Shown piece after piece: positions 34,086 to 46,156 of a stretch of 64,000 nt of DNA (position 1 is its first letter; every line of letters starts with the position of its first letter). The stretch lies in NCBI RefSeq assembly GCF_022773585.1, contig NZ_JALEZZ010000021.1; one strand, given 5' to 3'. The notes under the pieces were generated by a model. It made no database searches and was not told the origin of the DNA. It was given only the letters and a program-made list of their open reading frames with translations. The position numbers and the translations under genes are program-made. This DNA is from Selenomonas sp. Lineage in GTDB: Bacteria; Bacillota; Negativicutes; Selenomonadales; Selenomonadaceae.

Positions 34086-35753
34086 TCAGAACAGTCCCGT
34101 AATCTTGCCATTCTCGTCGATGTCCATGTCCATGGCGGCCGGATGTTTTGGCAGGCCGGGCATCGTGAGGATGTTGCCCGTCAGCGCAACGATGAAGCCA
34201 GCGCCTGCACTGACACGCAGTTCCTTGACCGTGATGCGGAAGCCGGTCGGACGGCCGAGCAGCGCCTGGTTGTCCGACAGCGAGTATTGCGTCTTTGCCA
34301 TGCAGACAGGCATCTTGTCGAAACCGAGCTCTTCGATTTCTTTGAGCTGCTTCTGCGCAGCTGGCGTAAAGTCCACACCGTCGCCGCCGTAGATTTCGCG
34401 CGTGATCGTCTCAATCTTCTCAGGGATGCTCTTTTCCACGTCATAGATGAAGTGGAAGTTGTTCGGCTTCTCGGTCGCCGCGAGGACTTTCTTCGCGAGT
34501 TCGAGGCCGCCTTCGCCGCCTTTGGCCCAGACTTCCGAGAGCGCGACTTCCGCGCCGAGTTCGTTGCACTTCTTTTCGACGAAATCGAGCTCTTCCTTCG
34601 TGTCCGTCGGGAACGCATTGATGGCGACGACGGCGGGCAGACCGAATTTCTGGATGTTCTCGATGTGCTTCGTGAGGTTTGCAAGGCCTTTTTCGAGCGC
34701 GGCCATGTCCACCTTGCCGAGCTCCGTCTTCGGCAGGCCGCCGTGCATCTTCAGCGCGCGCACCGTCGCGACGATGACGACGGCATCCGGCTTCAGGCCA
34801 GCGAAGCGGCACTTGATGTCGAGGAATTTCTCAGCGCCGAGGTCGGCGCCGAAGCCTGCCTCCGTGACGACGACGTCCGCGAATTTCAATGCGTACTGCG
34901 TCGCCATAACGCTGTTGCAGCCATGCGCGATATTCGCGAACGGGCCGCCGTGGACGAATGCCGGCGTGCCTTCAAGCGTCTGCACGATATTCGGCTTGAT
35001 GGCGTCCTTGAAGAGCAGCGTCAGAGCGCCCGTAACGCCGAGCTCCTTCGCGCGGATGGGACGGCCGTCGCGGCTGTAGGCCACGAGGATTTCGCCGAGG
35101 CGGCGCTTCATGTCCATGAGGCTCGTCGAAAGGCAGAGGATGGCCATCATCTCGGAGGCCACCGTGATGTCGAATCCCGTCTCGCGCGGCGTGCCGTGCG
35201 CTTTGCCGCCGAGGCCGATGACGACGTTGCGGAGCGCGCGGTCATTGAGGTCGAGCACGCGCTTCCAGACGATGCGGCGCACGTCGATGTCGAGGGCGTT
35301 GCCCTGCTGGATATGGTTGTCGATGACGGCCGCGAGCAGATTGTGCGCCGTCGTGATGGCGTGGAAATCGCCCGTGAAATGGAGGTTGATGTCCTCCATC
35401 GGCACGACCTGCGCGTAACCGCCGCCGGCTGCGCCACCCTTGAGGCCGAAGCACGGGCCGAGCGACGGCTCGCGCAGGGCGACGGCCGTCTTCTTGCCCA
35501 TGCGATGGAATGCATCGGCGAGGCCGACGCTTGTCGTCGTCTTGCCCTCGCCCGCCGGCGTCGGATTGATGGCCGTGACGAGGACGAGCTTGCCGTTCGG
35601 CTGGTCTTTCACGCGCGCATAAGCCTCGGGCGTGACCTTGGCCTTGTATTTTCCGTAGAGTTCGAGTTCGTCCTCGGTGATGCCGAGCTTGGCGGCAATC
35701 TCCTGAATCGGACGCATCTCGGCTTCCTGTGCGATTTCGACATCGGTCTTCAT
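34086..35753 (-). CDS. fhs: Formate--tetrahydrofolate ligase
   Basis: 555 aa. ...[19 protein letters not shown]..., [22 protein letters not shown]. Confidence 0.95.
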   Translation of the reverse strand: MKTDVEIAQEAEMRPIQEIAAKLGITEDELELYGKYKAKVTPEAYARVKDQPNGKLVLVTAINPTPAGEGKTTTSVGLADAFHRMGKKTAVALREPSLGPCFGLKGGAAGGGYAQVVPMEDINLHFTGDFHAITTAHNLLAAVIDNHIQQGNALDIDVRRIVWKRVLDLNDRALRNVVIGLGGKAHGTPRETGFDITVASEMMAILCLSTSLMDMKRRLGEILVAYSRDGRPIRAKELGVTGALTLLFKDAIKPNIVQTLEGTPAFVHGGPFANIAHGCNSVMATQYALKFADVVVTEAGFGADLGAEKFLDIKCRFAGLKPDAVVIVATVRALKMHGGLPKTELGKVDMAALEKGLANLTKHIENIQKFGLPAVVAINAFPTDTKEELDFVEKKCNELGAEVALSEVWAKGGEGGLELAKKVLAATEKPNNFHFIYDVEKSIPEKIETITREIYGGDGVDFTPAAQKQLKEIEELGFDKMPVCMAKTQYSLSDNQALLGRPTGFRITVKELRVSAGAGFIVALTGNILTMPGLPKHPAAMDMDIDENGKITGLF

Positions 35754-35800
35754 TACTTGGTTCCTCCCTCAAATCACGCTTTTCATCATGCAAATTACGG

Positions 35801-35933
35801 CTCCCCCTCTGGGGGAGCTGGCACGCGAAGCGTGACTGAGAGGGTGACGTTCTTCCGACATAATCGTATATAACTCATCAGACCGCTACCCTCTCCGCCT
35901 CGCATTCGCTCGGCACCTCCCCCATTGGGGAGG
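35801..35933. repeat. Inverted pair of ~45-bp REP-like elements between folD and fhs
   Basis: 35801-35845 CTCCCCCTCTGGGGGAGCTGGCACGCGAAGCGTGACTGAGAGGGT, and the reverse complement of 35888-35933 CTCCCCAATGGGGGAGGTGCCGAGCGAATGCGAGGCGGAGAGGGT. Confidence 0.75.
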
Positions 35934-35935
35934 CT

Positions 35936-36799
35936 TTAAGATTTCAGTTGCAACTCTGCCGCAGTCACCACATTTTCCATCAACATAGCTACCGTCAGCA
36001 GCCCGACGCCGCCCGGCACGGGCGTGATAGCGCCTGCGACTTCTTGTACGGCGTCAAAATCGACATCGCCGACAAGCTTCTTCGGCGCGATGCGGTTGAT
36101 GCCGACGTCGATGACAGTCGCGCCGGGCTTCACCATGTCCGCCGTGATGAATTTCGGTTTGCCGACGGCCGCGACGAGGATGTCTGCCTCGCGCGTGACG
36201 GCGGCGAGGTCTTTCGTATGGCTGTGGCAGACCGTGACCGTCGCGTTCTTCGCAAGCAGCAGCTGCGCCATCGGCTTGCCGACGATGTTGCTGCGGCCGA
36301 CGATGACGGCCCGCTGGCCGTCGAGCGGGATGCCCGCGAGCTCGAGCATCTTGAGGCAGCCCGACGGCGTGCATGGCACGAGCGCGGACTGGCCGAGCGA
36401 GAGACGGCCGACATTCACGGGATGGAATCCATCGACGTCCTTCGCGGGGTCGATGCGGTCAAGGATTTCCTGTTCCTCGCGGTGCAGGGCCTCCGGCAGC
36501 GGCAGCTGGACGAGGATGCCGTGGATGCGCTTGTCGTAGTTGAGCTCGTCGATCTTCGCGATGAGCTCGGCCTTCGTCGTGGTCGCCGGCATGCGGAGCA
36601 CCTCGGAATAGATGCCGAGTTCGGCGCAGGCGCGGTCTTTGTTGCGCACGTAGACCTGCGATGCGGGGTCTTCGCCGACGATGATGACGGCGAGCCCCGG
36701 CGTCACGCCATGCGCCGCCTCGATGGCGCGCGCGCGCTTTGCCGCGTCCTCCTTGAACTTTGCCGCAAATTCCTTGCCCGAAAGAAGCCTTGCTGTCAT
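35936..36799 (-). CDS. folD: Bifunctional 5,10-methylene-THF dehydrogenase / 5,10-methenyl-THF cyclohydrolase
   Basis: ...[19 protein letters not shown]...GILVQLPLP...[14 protein letters not shown]...PGGVGLLT. I prefer ATG 36799 (SD spacing); the alternative is 36808. Confidence 0.95.
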   Translation of the reverse strand: MTARLLSGKEFAAKFKEDAAKRARAIEAAHGVTPGLAVIIVGEDPASQVYVRNKDRACAELGIYSEVLRMPATTTKAELIAKIDELNYDKRIHGILVQLPLPEALHREEQEILDRIDPAKDVDGFHPVNVGRLSLGQSALVPCTPSGCLKMLELAGIPLDGQRAVIVGRSNIVGKPMAQLLLAKNATVTVCHSHTKDLAAVTREADILVAAVGKPKFITADMVKPGATVIDVGINRIAPKKLVGDVDFDAVQEVAGAITPVPGGVGLLTVAMLMENVVTAAELQLKS

Positions 36800-36835
36800 A
36801 GATACCATCCTTTCCGGCCGCTGCCCATCATCGCA

Positions 36836-37690
36836 TCAGGCGACGAGGTAGCTGGCCCAAGTGAAGAGGAAGAGCGCGATGGACACGAGGCCATTGCGCA
36901 TGAAATACCGCTGGTTGAGATGGCGGAAATCATTCCATTTCAAGATGCGGTGCTGGTAGATGAGCACGAGCCCCGCGATGACGACGCCGATGTAGTACGG
37001 CCACGCAATATGCACGAGGATGCCCGCGCAGAGAAACGCGAAAAACGCGAACAGGTGATAGTTCCGCGCGATGCCGAACGCATTCTTCGCGCCGTGCTCC
37101 GTCGCGAGCGAGTGCAGGCCGTGCTCCATATCGAATTTCCGATCCTGCGCGCCATACATGCCGTCAAAGCCCGCCATCCAGAAGATGACGCCGATGCAGA
37201 GCACGAGCAGCTGGAACGAGATGACCTCGCCGCCCGCCGCGACCCAGCCGCCGGCGGGCGCCATGGCGATGGCGATGCCGAGGAACACATGGCAGTAGCC
37301 CGTGAAGCGCTTCGTGAAGGGATAGATGATGCACGGCAACGCCGCGATCGGCAGCAGGTAAATGCAGATCGGCCGGAGCTGGAGCACGGCACCAATCAGA
37401 ATCGCGAAGCACAGCACGATGAACACAAGCGCCTCGCGCCGCGAAATGCGCCCCGCGACCATGGCGCGGTACGCCATGCGCGGCTGCTGGCTGTCATACT
37501 TGAGGTCGGCGAGGTTGTCAATGGCGAGCGACGCCGCCCGCGCCGACGTCAGCGCGACCGTGATCCAGAGGATGTTCCACCATCCCGGATGCCCGCCCGA
37601 CGCCATGAGCGCGCCGATGTAGGCAAATGGCAGGTCGAAAATCGTATGATGCAGTGCGATGTTGTTGAGGTGCGCCTTGATGTCGATCAA
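36836..37690 (-). CDS. UbiA-family aromatic prenyltransferase
   Basis: 284 aa, 8-9 TM segments, NLADLKYD Asp-rich motif. The start overlaps the UbiD-family stop (ATGA). Confidence 0.8.
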   Translation of the reverse strand: MIDIKAHLNNIALHHTIFDLPFAYIGALMASGGHPGWWNILWITVALTSARAASLAIDNLADLKYDSQQPRMAYRAMVAGRISRREALVFIVLCFAILIGAVLQLRPICIYLLPIAALPCIIYPFTKRFTGYCHVFLGIAIAMAPAGGWVAAGGEVISFQLLVLCIGVIFWMAGFDGMYGAQDRKFDMEHGLHSLATEHGAKNAFGIARNYHLFAFFAFLCAGILVHIAWPYYIGVVIAGLVLIYQHRILKWNDFRHLNQRYFMRNGLVSIALFLFTWASYLVA

Positions 37691-39177
37691 CGAACCGCCC
37701 CCTCGCCCTGCGCCGAAGAGCCGCCGAGGCCGAGCCGCGACCAGATGCCATCGACCTGCGCCTTGACGTCCGCAGACATCTCGATTTCATCCGGCCACTC
37801 GCGCAGATGGCCCTCCTCCGGCCACGTCTTCGTCGCGTCGATGCCGAGCTTCGCGCCCCACTTCGCCATTGGCGAGGAATGGTCGAGCACGTCGAGCGGC
37901 CCCTCGACGATTTCGAGGTCGTGCTTCGCGTCGATGTTGTTGAAGACGCGCCACCAGACCTCTTTCATGTCCTGCACATTGACATGCTTGTCCACGACGA
38001 TGATCATCTTGACGTTCATCATCTGGCCCATGCCCCAGAGTGCATGCATGACCTTGCGCGCCTGCATCGGGTATTTCTTGTCGATGGAGACGACGCAGCA
38101 GTCGTGGAACACGCCCTCGAGCGGCATGTTGATGTCCACGATTTCCGGCATCATCTGCTGCATCAGCGGCAGGAAGATACGCTCCGTCGCTTTCGCAAGG
38201 TAGCAGTCCTCCATGGGGGGCCTCCCGACAACCGTCGCCGCATAAATCGGATGCTCGCGATGCGTGATGCAGGTGATGTGGAAGACCGGATAATCATCCG
38301 CGAGCGAATAATAGCCCGTGTGGTCGCCAAACGGCCCCTCACGGCGCATTTCGTCCGTGCGCACATAGCCCTCAAGCACGATTTCCGCGCCTGCAGGCAC
38401 CTCGAGATCGACCGTCTTGCATTTCACCATCTCGACGGACTTGTGCCGCAGGAAGCCCGCAAACACCATCTCGTCGATGTCACGCGGCAGCGGCGCCGTC
38501 GCGGCATACGTCAGCACGGGGTCGGCACCGATGGCCACGGCCGCCTCGATCTTCTCGCCGCCCGCCGCCTTCGTATCGCGGAAATTATCCGCGCCGTTCT
38601 TGTGGATGTGCCAGTGCATGCCCGTCGTGCGCTTGTCGTATTTCTGCAGGCGGTACATGCCGACGTTGCGCTTGCCCGTCGCCGGATTCTTCGTGAAGAC
38701 GAGCGGCAGCGTGATGAACGGCCCGCCGTCCTGCGGCCAGCACGTCAGAATCGGAATCTTGTCGAGGTCCGGCTCCATCTCCACGACTTCCTGGCACGGC
38801 GCTTTTTTCACGTACTTCGGAAAATTGATGGCCTTTTTCGCCATCGGGATCAGCGAGACGACATCCATCTTGTGCTGGAGCGAGATATAAGGAAGCTTCA
38901 TGATCTCGCGCAGCTCGTCGCCAACATCGTCGAGCTTCTCCACGCCAAGCGCGAGCGCCATGCGCTCATAGCTGCCGAACGCATTCATGAGCACCGGCAT
39001 GTCGTAGCCCTTCACGTTTTCGAACAAAAGAGCGACGTTTGCCTTGCCCTCCATCTTCGACACGCGGTCCGTAATCTCCGTGATCTCAAGATGGCAGTCC
39101 ACGGGCTCCGTGATGCGCCGCAAAAGCCCGCGCTGTTCCAGCGCGTCCATGAATTCGCGCAAATCTTTATATGCCAA
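37687..39177 (-). CDS. UbiD-family (prenyl-FMN dependent) decarboxylase
   Basis: 496 aa. MAYKDLREFMDALEQRGLLRRITEPVD... N-terminus and ...GPFGDHTGYYS... motif. Confidence 0.9.
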   Translation of the reverse strand: MAYKDLREFMDALEQRGLLRRITEPVDCHLEITEITDRVSKMEGKANVALLFENVKGYDMPVLMNAFGSYERMALALGVEKLDDVGDELREIMKLPYISLQHKMDVVSLIPMAKKAINFPKYVKKAPCQEVVEMEPDLDKIPILTCWPQDGGPFITLPLVFTKNPATGKRNVGMYRLQKYDKRTTGMHWHIHKNGADNFRDTKAAGGEKIEAAVAIGADPVLTYAATAPLPRDIDEMVFAGFLRHKSVEMVKCKTVDLEVPAGAEIVLEGYVRTDEMRREGPFGDHTGYYSLADDYPVFHITCITHREHPIYAATVVGRPPMEDCYLAKATERIFLPLMQQMMPEIVDINMPLEGVFHDCCVVSIDKKYPMQARKVMHALWGMGQMMNVKMIIVVDKHVNVQDMKEVWWRVFNNIDAKHDLEIVEGPLDVLDHSSPMAKWGAKLGIDATKTWPEEGHLREWPDEIEMSADVKAQVDGIWSRLGLGGSSAQGEGAVR

Positions 39178-39338
39178 AGGATTCTTCCCCCTATAATAAT
39201 GAAATCAAACAAGTCTATTATACAGGGACGGCGCAAAAATCTCAATGAAAAGAAGCACAGAAAAACGGCTCCCCGTATGGGAAGCCGGAATTAGCAGATT
39301 CTGATGGGTTACTGTTATCGGAGCAGTATCTCGTCAAT

Positions 39339-39740
39339 TCATTTGTCTTTATCGCCAGCCGATTCATTCGCCAGCCATTTGATGATACCTTCTGCCTGGT
39401 GCAACGCCTTTTCTACAATTCGACGGCTCAGACGATAGTTCTTGATGTATCGTGTCTTTGCTTCCATGTTCGTGATATTTGCCGCGCTGTTCTCAATATC
39501 CTCGAATGGTTCCATCGCTTCATCAGGAATCCGTGCTGTCAGCTGCGAAATATCATGCGTCATCGGATATTTGATGCCATGCGTTTCCAGATAATGCTTG
39601 ATGGCGAGCTCGATGGCTTGCTCTGCGTGGTAGCCAACGACGTTGAGATATCCGTCATCTGCCTCGACGAGCTTCATCATCGTTTCTGCTGTGACGAAGT
39701 TGCGTTTTGCAATATCAAGCAGCGTCTCGTCCCCGCTCAT
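39339..39740 (-). CDS. HEPN-domain protein (putative toxin of an MNT-HEPN pair)
   Basis: ATG at 39740. A helical ~130-aa protein; ...RRIVEKALH... fits an R-x(4-6)-H HEPN motif. It overlaps the upstream MNT gene by 26 nt. Confidence 0.65.
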   Translation of the reverse strand: MSGDETLLDIAKRNFVTAETMMKLVEADDGYLNVVGYHAEQAIELAIKHYLETHGIKYPMTHDISQLTARIPDEAMEPFEDIENSAANITNMEAKTRYIKNYRLSRRIVEKALHQAEGIIKWLANESAGDKDK

Positions 39741-40050
39741 AGACAACCACACCTTTCTTCCGAATTTCTTCCAGCAATTCGCCTTCGGCCGTGAAATTCG
39801 ACCAGTTGTCAAAAACATCATCGCCAAGAACCACAGGATATTTCTTGAGCGGCGTGTCCGTCTCAAAATAGATGTCAATATCGCTCCACGGATTGCACCC
39901 TGCCGTCACGGCACTGCCGAAGATGATGACGCGCCGGATGTTCGGCAATGTCTTGCAGAGATCAACCATGCGGCTCACAGCTTCCTGCTTCGTCGGAAAA
40001 ATCCGCTCGATGTTCCGAAACGGCTTCGCAAACACCCCCCACATCGTCAT
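39715..40050 (-). CDS. Minimal nucleotidyltransferase (MNT) domain protein (putative antitoxin)
   Basis: IIFGSAVTAGCNPWSDIDIYF is the G-S-x(n)-D-x-D pol-beta NTase motif. GAAAGGGCGG lies upstream of ATG 40050. Confidence 0.7.
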   Translation of the reverse strand: MTMWGVFAKPFRNIERIFPTKQEAVSRMVDLCKTLPNIRRVIIFGSAVTAGCNPWSDIDIYFETDTPLKKYPVVLGDDVFDNWSNFTAEGELLEEIRKKGVVVYERGRDAA

Positions 40051-40058
40051 CCGCCCTT

Positions 40059-41732
40059 TCATCCCATCCGCACGCAAGCTGTCTTCCCATAAAACGCAAT
40101 GCCAAAAGAACGGACAGGAGCCGCTTTGCGCGCTTTCAGTTCCTCCGTGTAATCATGCTGCTGGATTTGCACCAATGCTTCTTCCGCCTTCATCGCAAGG
40201 TCGCCTTCGCTCTCGACGATTTTGAGTTCGATCACGACGCCAGGCTGCCCCTCTGTCTTTGGAAGAATCGCAACATCATAGCGGCCATAGCCCGATTCGC
40301 GGGTTGAGCGGACTTCATAATCCGGCACGAGCACCGCTGTCAGGCCGAGGATGAAGCCGTGATAGAACGCTTCTTTCCCTTTCGCCGTGTCAAACGTACT
40401 TGCCACTCGCTCAAGGTAACTGCTGAGGCCGTCCTCAAGACGCTCGGCATCACCGCCAAACATCCATTCCATGAGACGTACGAGCATCGACTTGCTGTAT
40501 CCTTTTTGATAGCGCTTCACGATTTCAATGCCAAGAAGCGCTTGCATTTCGAGATTTGGGAGGCGCAACGTGTATTCTTTTTCCGTTCCGATGCGCCGCG
40601 CGCTTTCCACAGTCAGATACCCCGTCGTGCAGAGCATCGTATAGAGCGCGTCCTCGTCCTTGCCGATGTCGCTGTAGATGACGCCCTCACGCAGAAATCC
40701 CTGAATCGTCCCGCCCTGCTGCAAAGTTTCGAGCCGTTCGAAATGATTGCGGTCTGCGCTTTTCATGAGCTCGGCTATCACAGCGTTGCCCGACGTATTC
40801 ACCCAATATGCCGCAGGTTCGCAATCATACGCAAAATAATTGAGCACTGACCACGGATTGTAGATTTCATGCCCGTCGAATCGATAGCCGTCATACCATG
40901 TGCGGAGCTCTGGCATCTTATCTGCATGGCCGAGGTCGTTTGCGAGCTTTTGGACTTCTTCCGGCGTAAATCCGAACGCCGTCGGATATTTCATCTGCAG
41001 AACGCTGTCCACAGAAAGATTATTCAGATCTGAGAAAATGCTCTCTTTCGAGATGCGCAGCACGCCTGTCAGCACGGCGAAGTCCAGCGAAGGATTCGTC
41101 TTGAGCGCCATCGTGAGGAAGGTACGGAAGAAATCGATGGCCTCGCCGTAAAAGTCATGTTCCCATGCAGATTGGATCGGCACGTCATATTCGTCCAAGA
41201 GCAGGATGGGCTTTTTCCCATAATGCGCTTCGAGCATGCGCAGGAGCATCGCGAGCGCCGTTTTCAGACTTTCAAACGGCGCTTCCCTGCGATACATGGC
41301 TCGGAGCATGTCACGATCTTCCGCGTCAACGCGGTCGCTTTCGCGAAGAACGGCTTGTTCGCGCGCCACTTGCTGCAATCCATTGACGATCATCGCCTGC
41401 ATCGACGGCCAGTTGAGCGCTTTCCATCCGCGCAGCGTCAGGAAGAGCACAGGGCGCGTCCCCATCTCCGCCATCATCGCCGCATCCTGCGAGACCGCGA
41501 GGCCGTCAAACAATCTCCGATGTTCTTCCGCGCCTTCGATATCGAAGAAATACCGTAGCATCGACATCGCAAGCGTTTTGCCGAACCTGCGCGGCCGTGT
41601 GATGAGCGTAACCTCTGCACGGCTCCGAAAAAATTCGGAAATGAATTGTGTCTTGTCAACGAGATAATAACTCTCTCTCGCTTTTTTGAAATCATCTATC
41701 CCGATGGGCATGACGGTCTTCATTTTTTGCAC
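40059..41732 (-). CDS. AAA-ATPase-like N-terminal domain fused to a PD-(D/E)XK nuclease-like C-terminal domain (PF09820/PF08011-type architecture)
   Basis: MPIGIDDFKKARESYYLVDKTQFI...ITRPRRFGKTLAMSML (P-loop). C-terminus ...ESGYGRYDVAILP...VVIELKIV... The start is ambiguous (M1, M4 or M8). Confidence 0.75.
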   Translation of the reverse strand: MQKMKTVMPIGIDDFKKARESYYLVDKTQFISEFFRSRAEVTLITRPRRFGKTLAMSMLRYFFDIEGAEEHRRLFDGLAVSQDAAMMAEMGTRPVLFLTLRGWKALNWPSMQAMIVNGLQQVAREQAVLRESDRVDAEDRDMLRAMYRREAPFESLKTALAMLLRMLEAHYGKKPILLLDEYDVPIQSAWEHDFYGEAIDFFRTFLTMALKTNPSLDFAVLTGVLRISKESIFSDLNNLSVDSVLQMKYPTAFGFTPEEVQKLANDLGHADKMPELRTWYDGYRFDGHEIYNPWSVLNYFAYDCEPAAYWVNTSGNAVIAELMKSADRNHFERLETLQQGGTIQGFLREGVIYSDIGKDEDALYTMLCTTGYLTVESARRIGTEKEYTLRLPNLEMQALLGIEIVKRYQKGYSKSMLVRLMEWMFGGDAERLEDGLSSYLERVASTFDTAKGKEAFYHGFILGLTAVLVPDYEVRSTRESGYGRYDVAILPKTEGQPGVVIELKIVESEGDLAMKAEEALVQIQQHDYTEELKARKAAPVRSFGIAFYGKTACVRMG

Positions 41733-41773
41733 CCGCTTTCTGCCAAATCATCGCTATTGCAGAGGTCTGCACA

Positions 41774-42586
41774 TTATTTCCGCATGATGTACCGTACAAT
41801 CAGGTATCCGACCTCATAGAGCAAAATCATCGGCACAGCGATCATCGTCTGGGTGAAGACGTCGGGCGTCGGGGTGATGACAGCCGCGATGACGAAGGCG
41901 AGGAAGACGACGATGCGCTGGTATTTGCCGAGGAACTTCGAGCCAACGATGCCGAGTTTCGCGAGGATGATCATGATGAGCGGCAGCTCGAAGACGAAAC
42001 CGAACGGCAGTACGAACCAGATGACGAAGTCGAAATACTTGTCAACGGAGAACAACGCTTCGAGCTCCGTATTTCCGAAGCCGAGGAAGAACTGCACAGC
42101 AGCTGGGAATACGAGGAAGAACGAGAACGCGAGACCGCCGAAGAACAGCAGCACCGAAGCTGGCACGATGAGGCCGAGCACCATGCGTTCCCGCCGCGTC
42201 AGGGCAGGCAGGAAGAACATCCAGACCTGATAGAAAATGACGGGCAGCGCGACAAGGAAGCCGGCCGCGATAGATACTTTCAGATAGGTGAAAAATGCCT
42301 CGGACGGCTGCATGTAGTAGAGTTTTCCTGCCGGAGCCGTAAGGTAGTGCATGATTTCGTCGAGAAAATAATAGCCGACGCAGCTGCCGAGCGCCACGGC
42401 GACGAGGCATTTGATGAGACGCGAGCGCAATTCCGTCAGATGCGCGATCAGCGACATCGAGCCGTCGTCGATTTCGTCCTCGGGCGGTTCCGTGCCCGCT
42501 GGCGGAGCGTCCGGCGGATTCCCCGCAGGCTCGACGAACGGCGGGTCATACGAGGCCTGCTCGTTTTCCGGTTTCGCCTCCGTCAT
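41774..42586 (-). CDS. tatC: Twin-arginine translocase subunit TatC
   Basis: ...[15 protein letters not shown]... and 6 TM segments. ATG 42586 overlaps the tatA stop (ATGA) and gives a 43-aa Pro/Glu-rich N-extension. An alternative start is at 42457. Confidence 0.9.
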   Translation of the reverse strand: MTEAKPENEQASYDPPFVEPAGNPPDAPPAGTEPPEDEIDDGSMSLIAHLTELRSRLIKCLVAVALGSCVGYYFLDEIMHYLTAPAGKLYYMQPSEAFFTYLKVSIAAGFLVALPVIFYQVWMFFLPALTRRERMVLGLIVPASVLLFFGGLAFSFFLVFPAAVQFFLGFGNTELEALFSVDKYFDFVIWFVLPFGFVFELPLIMIILAKLGIVGSKFLGKYQRIVVFLAFVIAAVITPTPDVFTQTMIAVPMILLYEVGYLIVRYIMRK

Positions 42587-42786
42587 TTTTTCTCCGCCTT
42601 GTCTTCCTCAGACTTCTTCGCGGCGACGTCGATGGTCTTCGTCTCGTCCTCCTTGCTCGCCGACTTGAACTCGCGGATGCTCTTGCCGAGCGCCTTGCCG
42701 ACATCCGGCAGCTTGCCGGGGCCGAACACGACGAGCGCGATGACGAGGATGACGAGCAGTTCGGGGACACCGATATGTGGAAACAT
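42583..42786 (-). CDS. tatA: Twin-arginine translocase subunit TatA
   Basis: [54 protein letters not shown] lies upstream of ATG 42786. Confidence 0.9.
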   Translation of the reverse strand: MFPHIGVPELLVILVIALVVFGPGKLPDVGKALGKSIREFKSASKEDETKTIDVAAKKSEEDKAEKK

Positions 42787-42933
42787 GGTTTTTCCTCCTA
42801 TGTCGAATGAAATCAATCATGTTCTATTATACAAGGAGTATTCTAAAATCTCAATGAAAAGCAAAAAGAAGGCAGTTCTAAAACGAGCACAGACGATAAC
42901 TCAATGCATTTTGTCTGTACTTGTCTTCGAACT

Positions 42934-42980
42934 ACCCTCTCCGCCTCGCATACGCTCGGCACCTCTCCCAAAGGGAGAGG
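42934..42980. repeat. Solo REP-like element abutting the copA stop codon
   Basis: ACCCTCTCCGCCTCGCATACGCTCGGCACCTCTCCCAAAGGGAGAGG, nearly identical to 35888-35933. Confidence 0.7.
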
Positions 42981-42984
42981 CTAT

Positions 42985-45578
<2,594 letters not shown>

Positions 45579-45582
<4 letters not shown>

Positions 45583-45914
45583 TTCATCACCTTCTGCAGC
45601 GTCTGCACGAGCTCGTCGACGACCTCGTCGTGCCCGGCGCGGATGTCATCGACGACACAGGTGCGGATGTGCTGCGCGAGCAGTTCTTTATTGAAGGAAT
45701 TGAGCGCGGACTGGATGGCGCTGACCTGCGTGAGGATGTCGACACAGTAGCGGTCGTCCTCGACCATCTTCGTCACGCCGCGCACCTGTCCTTCGATGCG
45801 CTTGAGGCGAGAGACGAGGCACTTATATTCCTTGCTGTCCTTGTCGCGATGCTTGTGCTTCACGCAGGCGGCACATGTGCCGCTCTGGCAGCAGGTCGAT
45901 GGTTCGTCTGGCAT
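45579..45914 (-). CDS. csoR: CsoR-family copper-sensing repressor
   Basis: ...RLKRIEGQVRGVTKMVEDDRYCVDILTQVSAIQSALN... The stop overlaps the copA start (ATGA). Confidence 0.9.
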
Positions 45915-45922
45915 TGCTTTAG

Positions 45923-45982
45923 ATACCCCCTTGCGGTATATTTTATGATTCGTATCATATACCCATATGGGGTATCTGTCAA
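45923..45982 (-). promoter_or_regulatory. csoR-copA promoter with two CsoR-type operators
   Basis: Minus strand: TTGACA (45977-45982) - 17 nt - TATGAT (45954-45959). The palindrome ATACCCATATGGGGTAT (45959-45975) fills the spacer. A second box, ATACCCCCTTGCGGTAT (45923-45939), lies just upstream of the start codon. Confidence 0.7.
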
Positions 45983-46054
45983 GTAAAAAATACGGGTGCG
46001 AATCTATAGATATATCGCACCCGCGAAAGATACTTCGCCATATTTGTTTTATCG

Positions 46055-46105
46055 TACAGGGGACTCCCCCCGCCCTTCGGGCCCATCCCCCCTCTAGAAG
46101 GGGGC
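46055..46105. repeat. REP-like element (TACAGGGGACT...CCGCCCTTCGGGCCC...CCCCTCTAGAAGGGGG)
   Basis: It shares TACAGGGGACT and CCCCCCGCCCTTCGGGCCC-N-TCCCCCTCT-GA-GGG with 19843-19947. Confidence 0.7.
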
Positions 46106-46156
46106 TGGCTTGGCAGAAAGGCTTCGTTCCTTTTGAAAGTACTTGTGAATAAAAGC

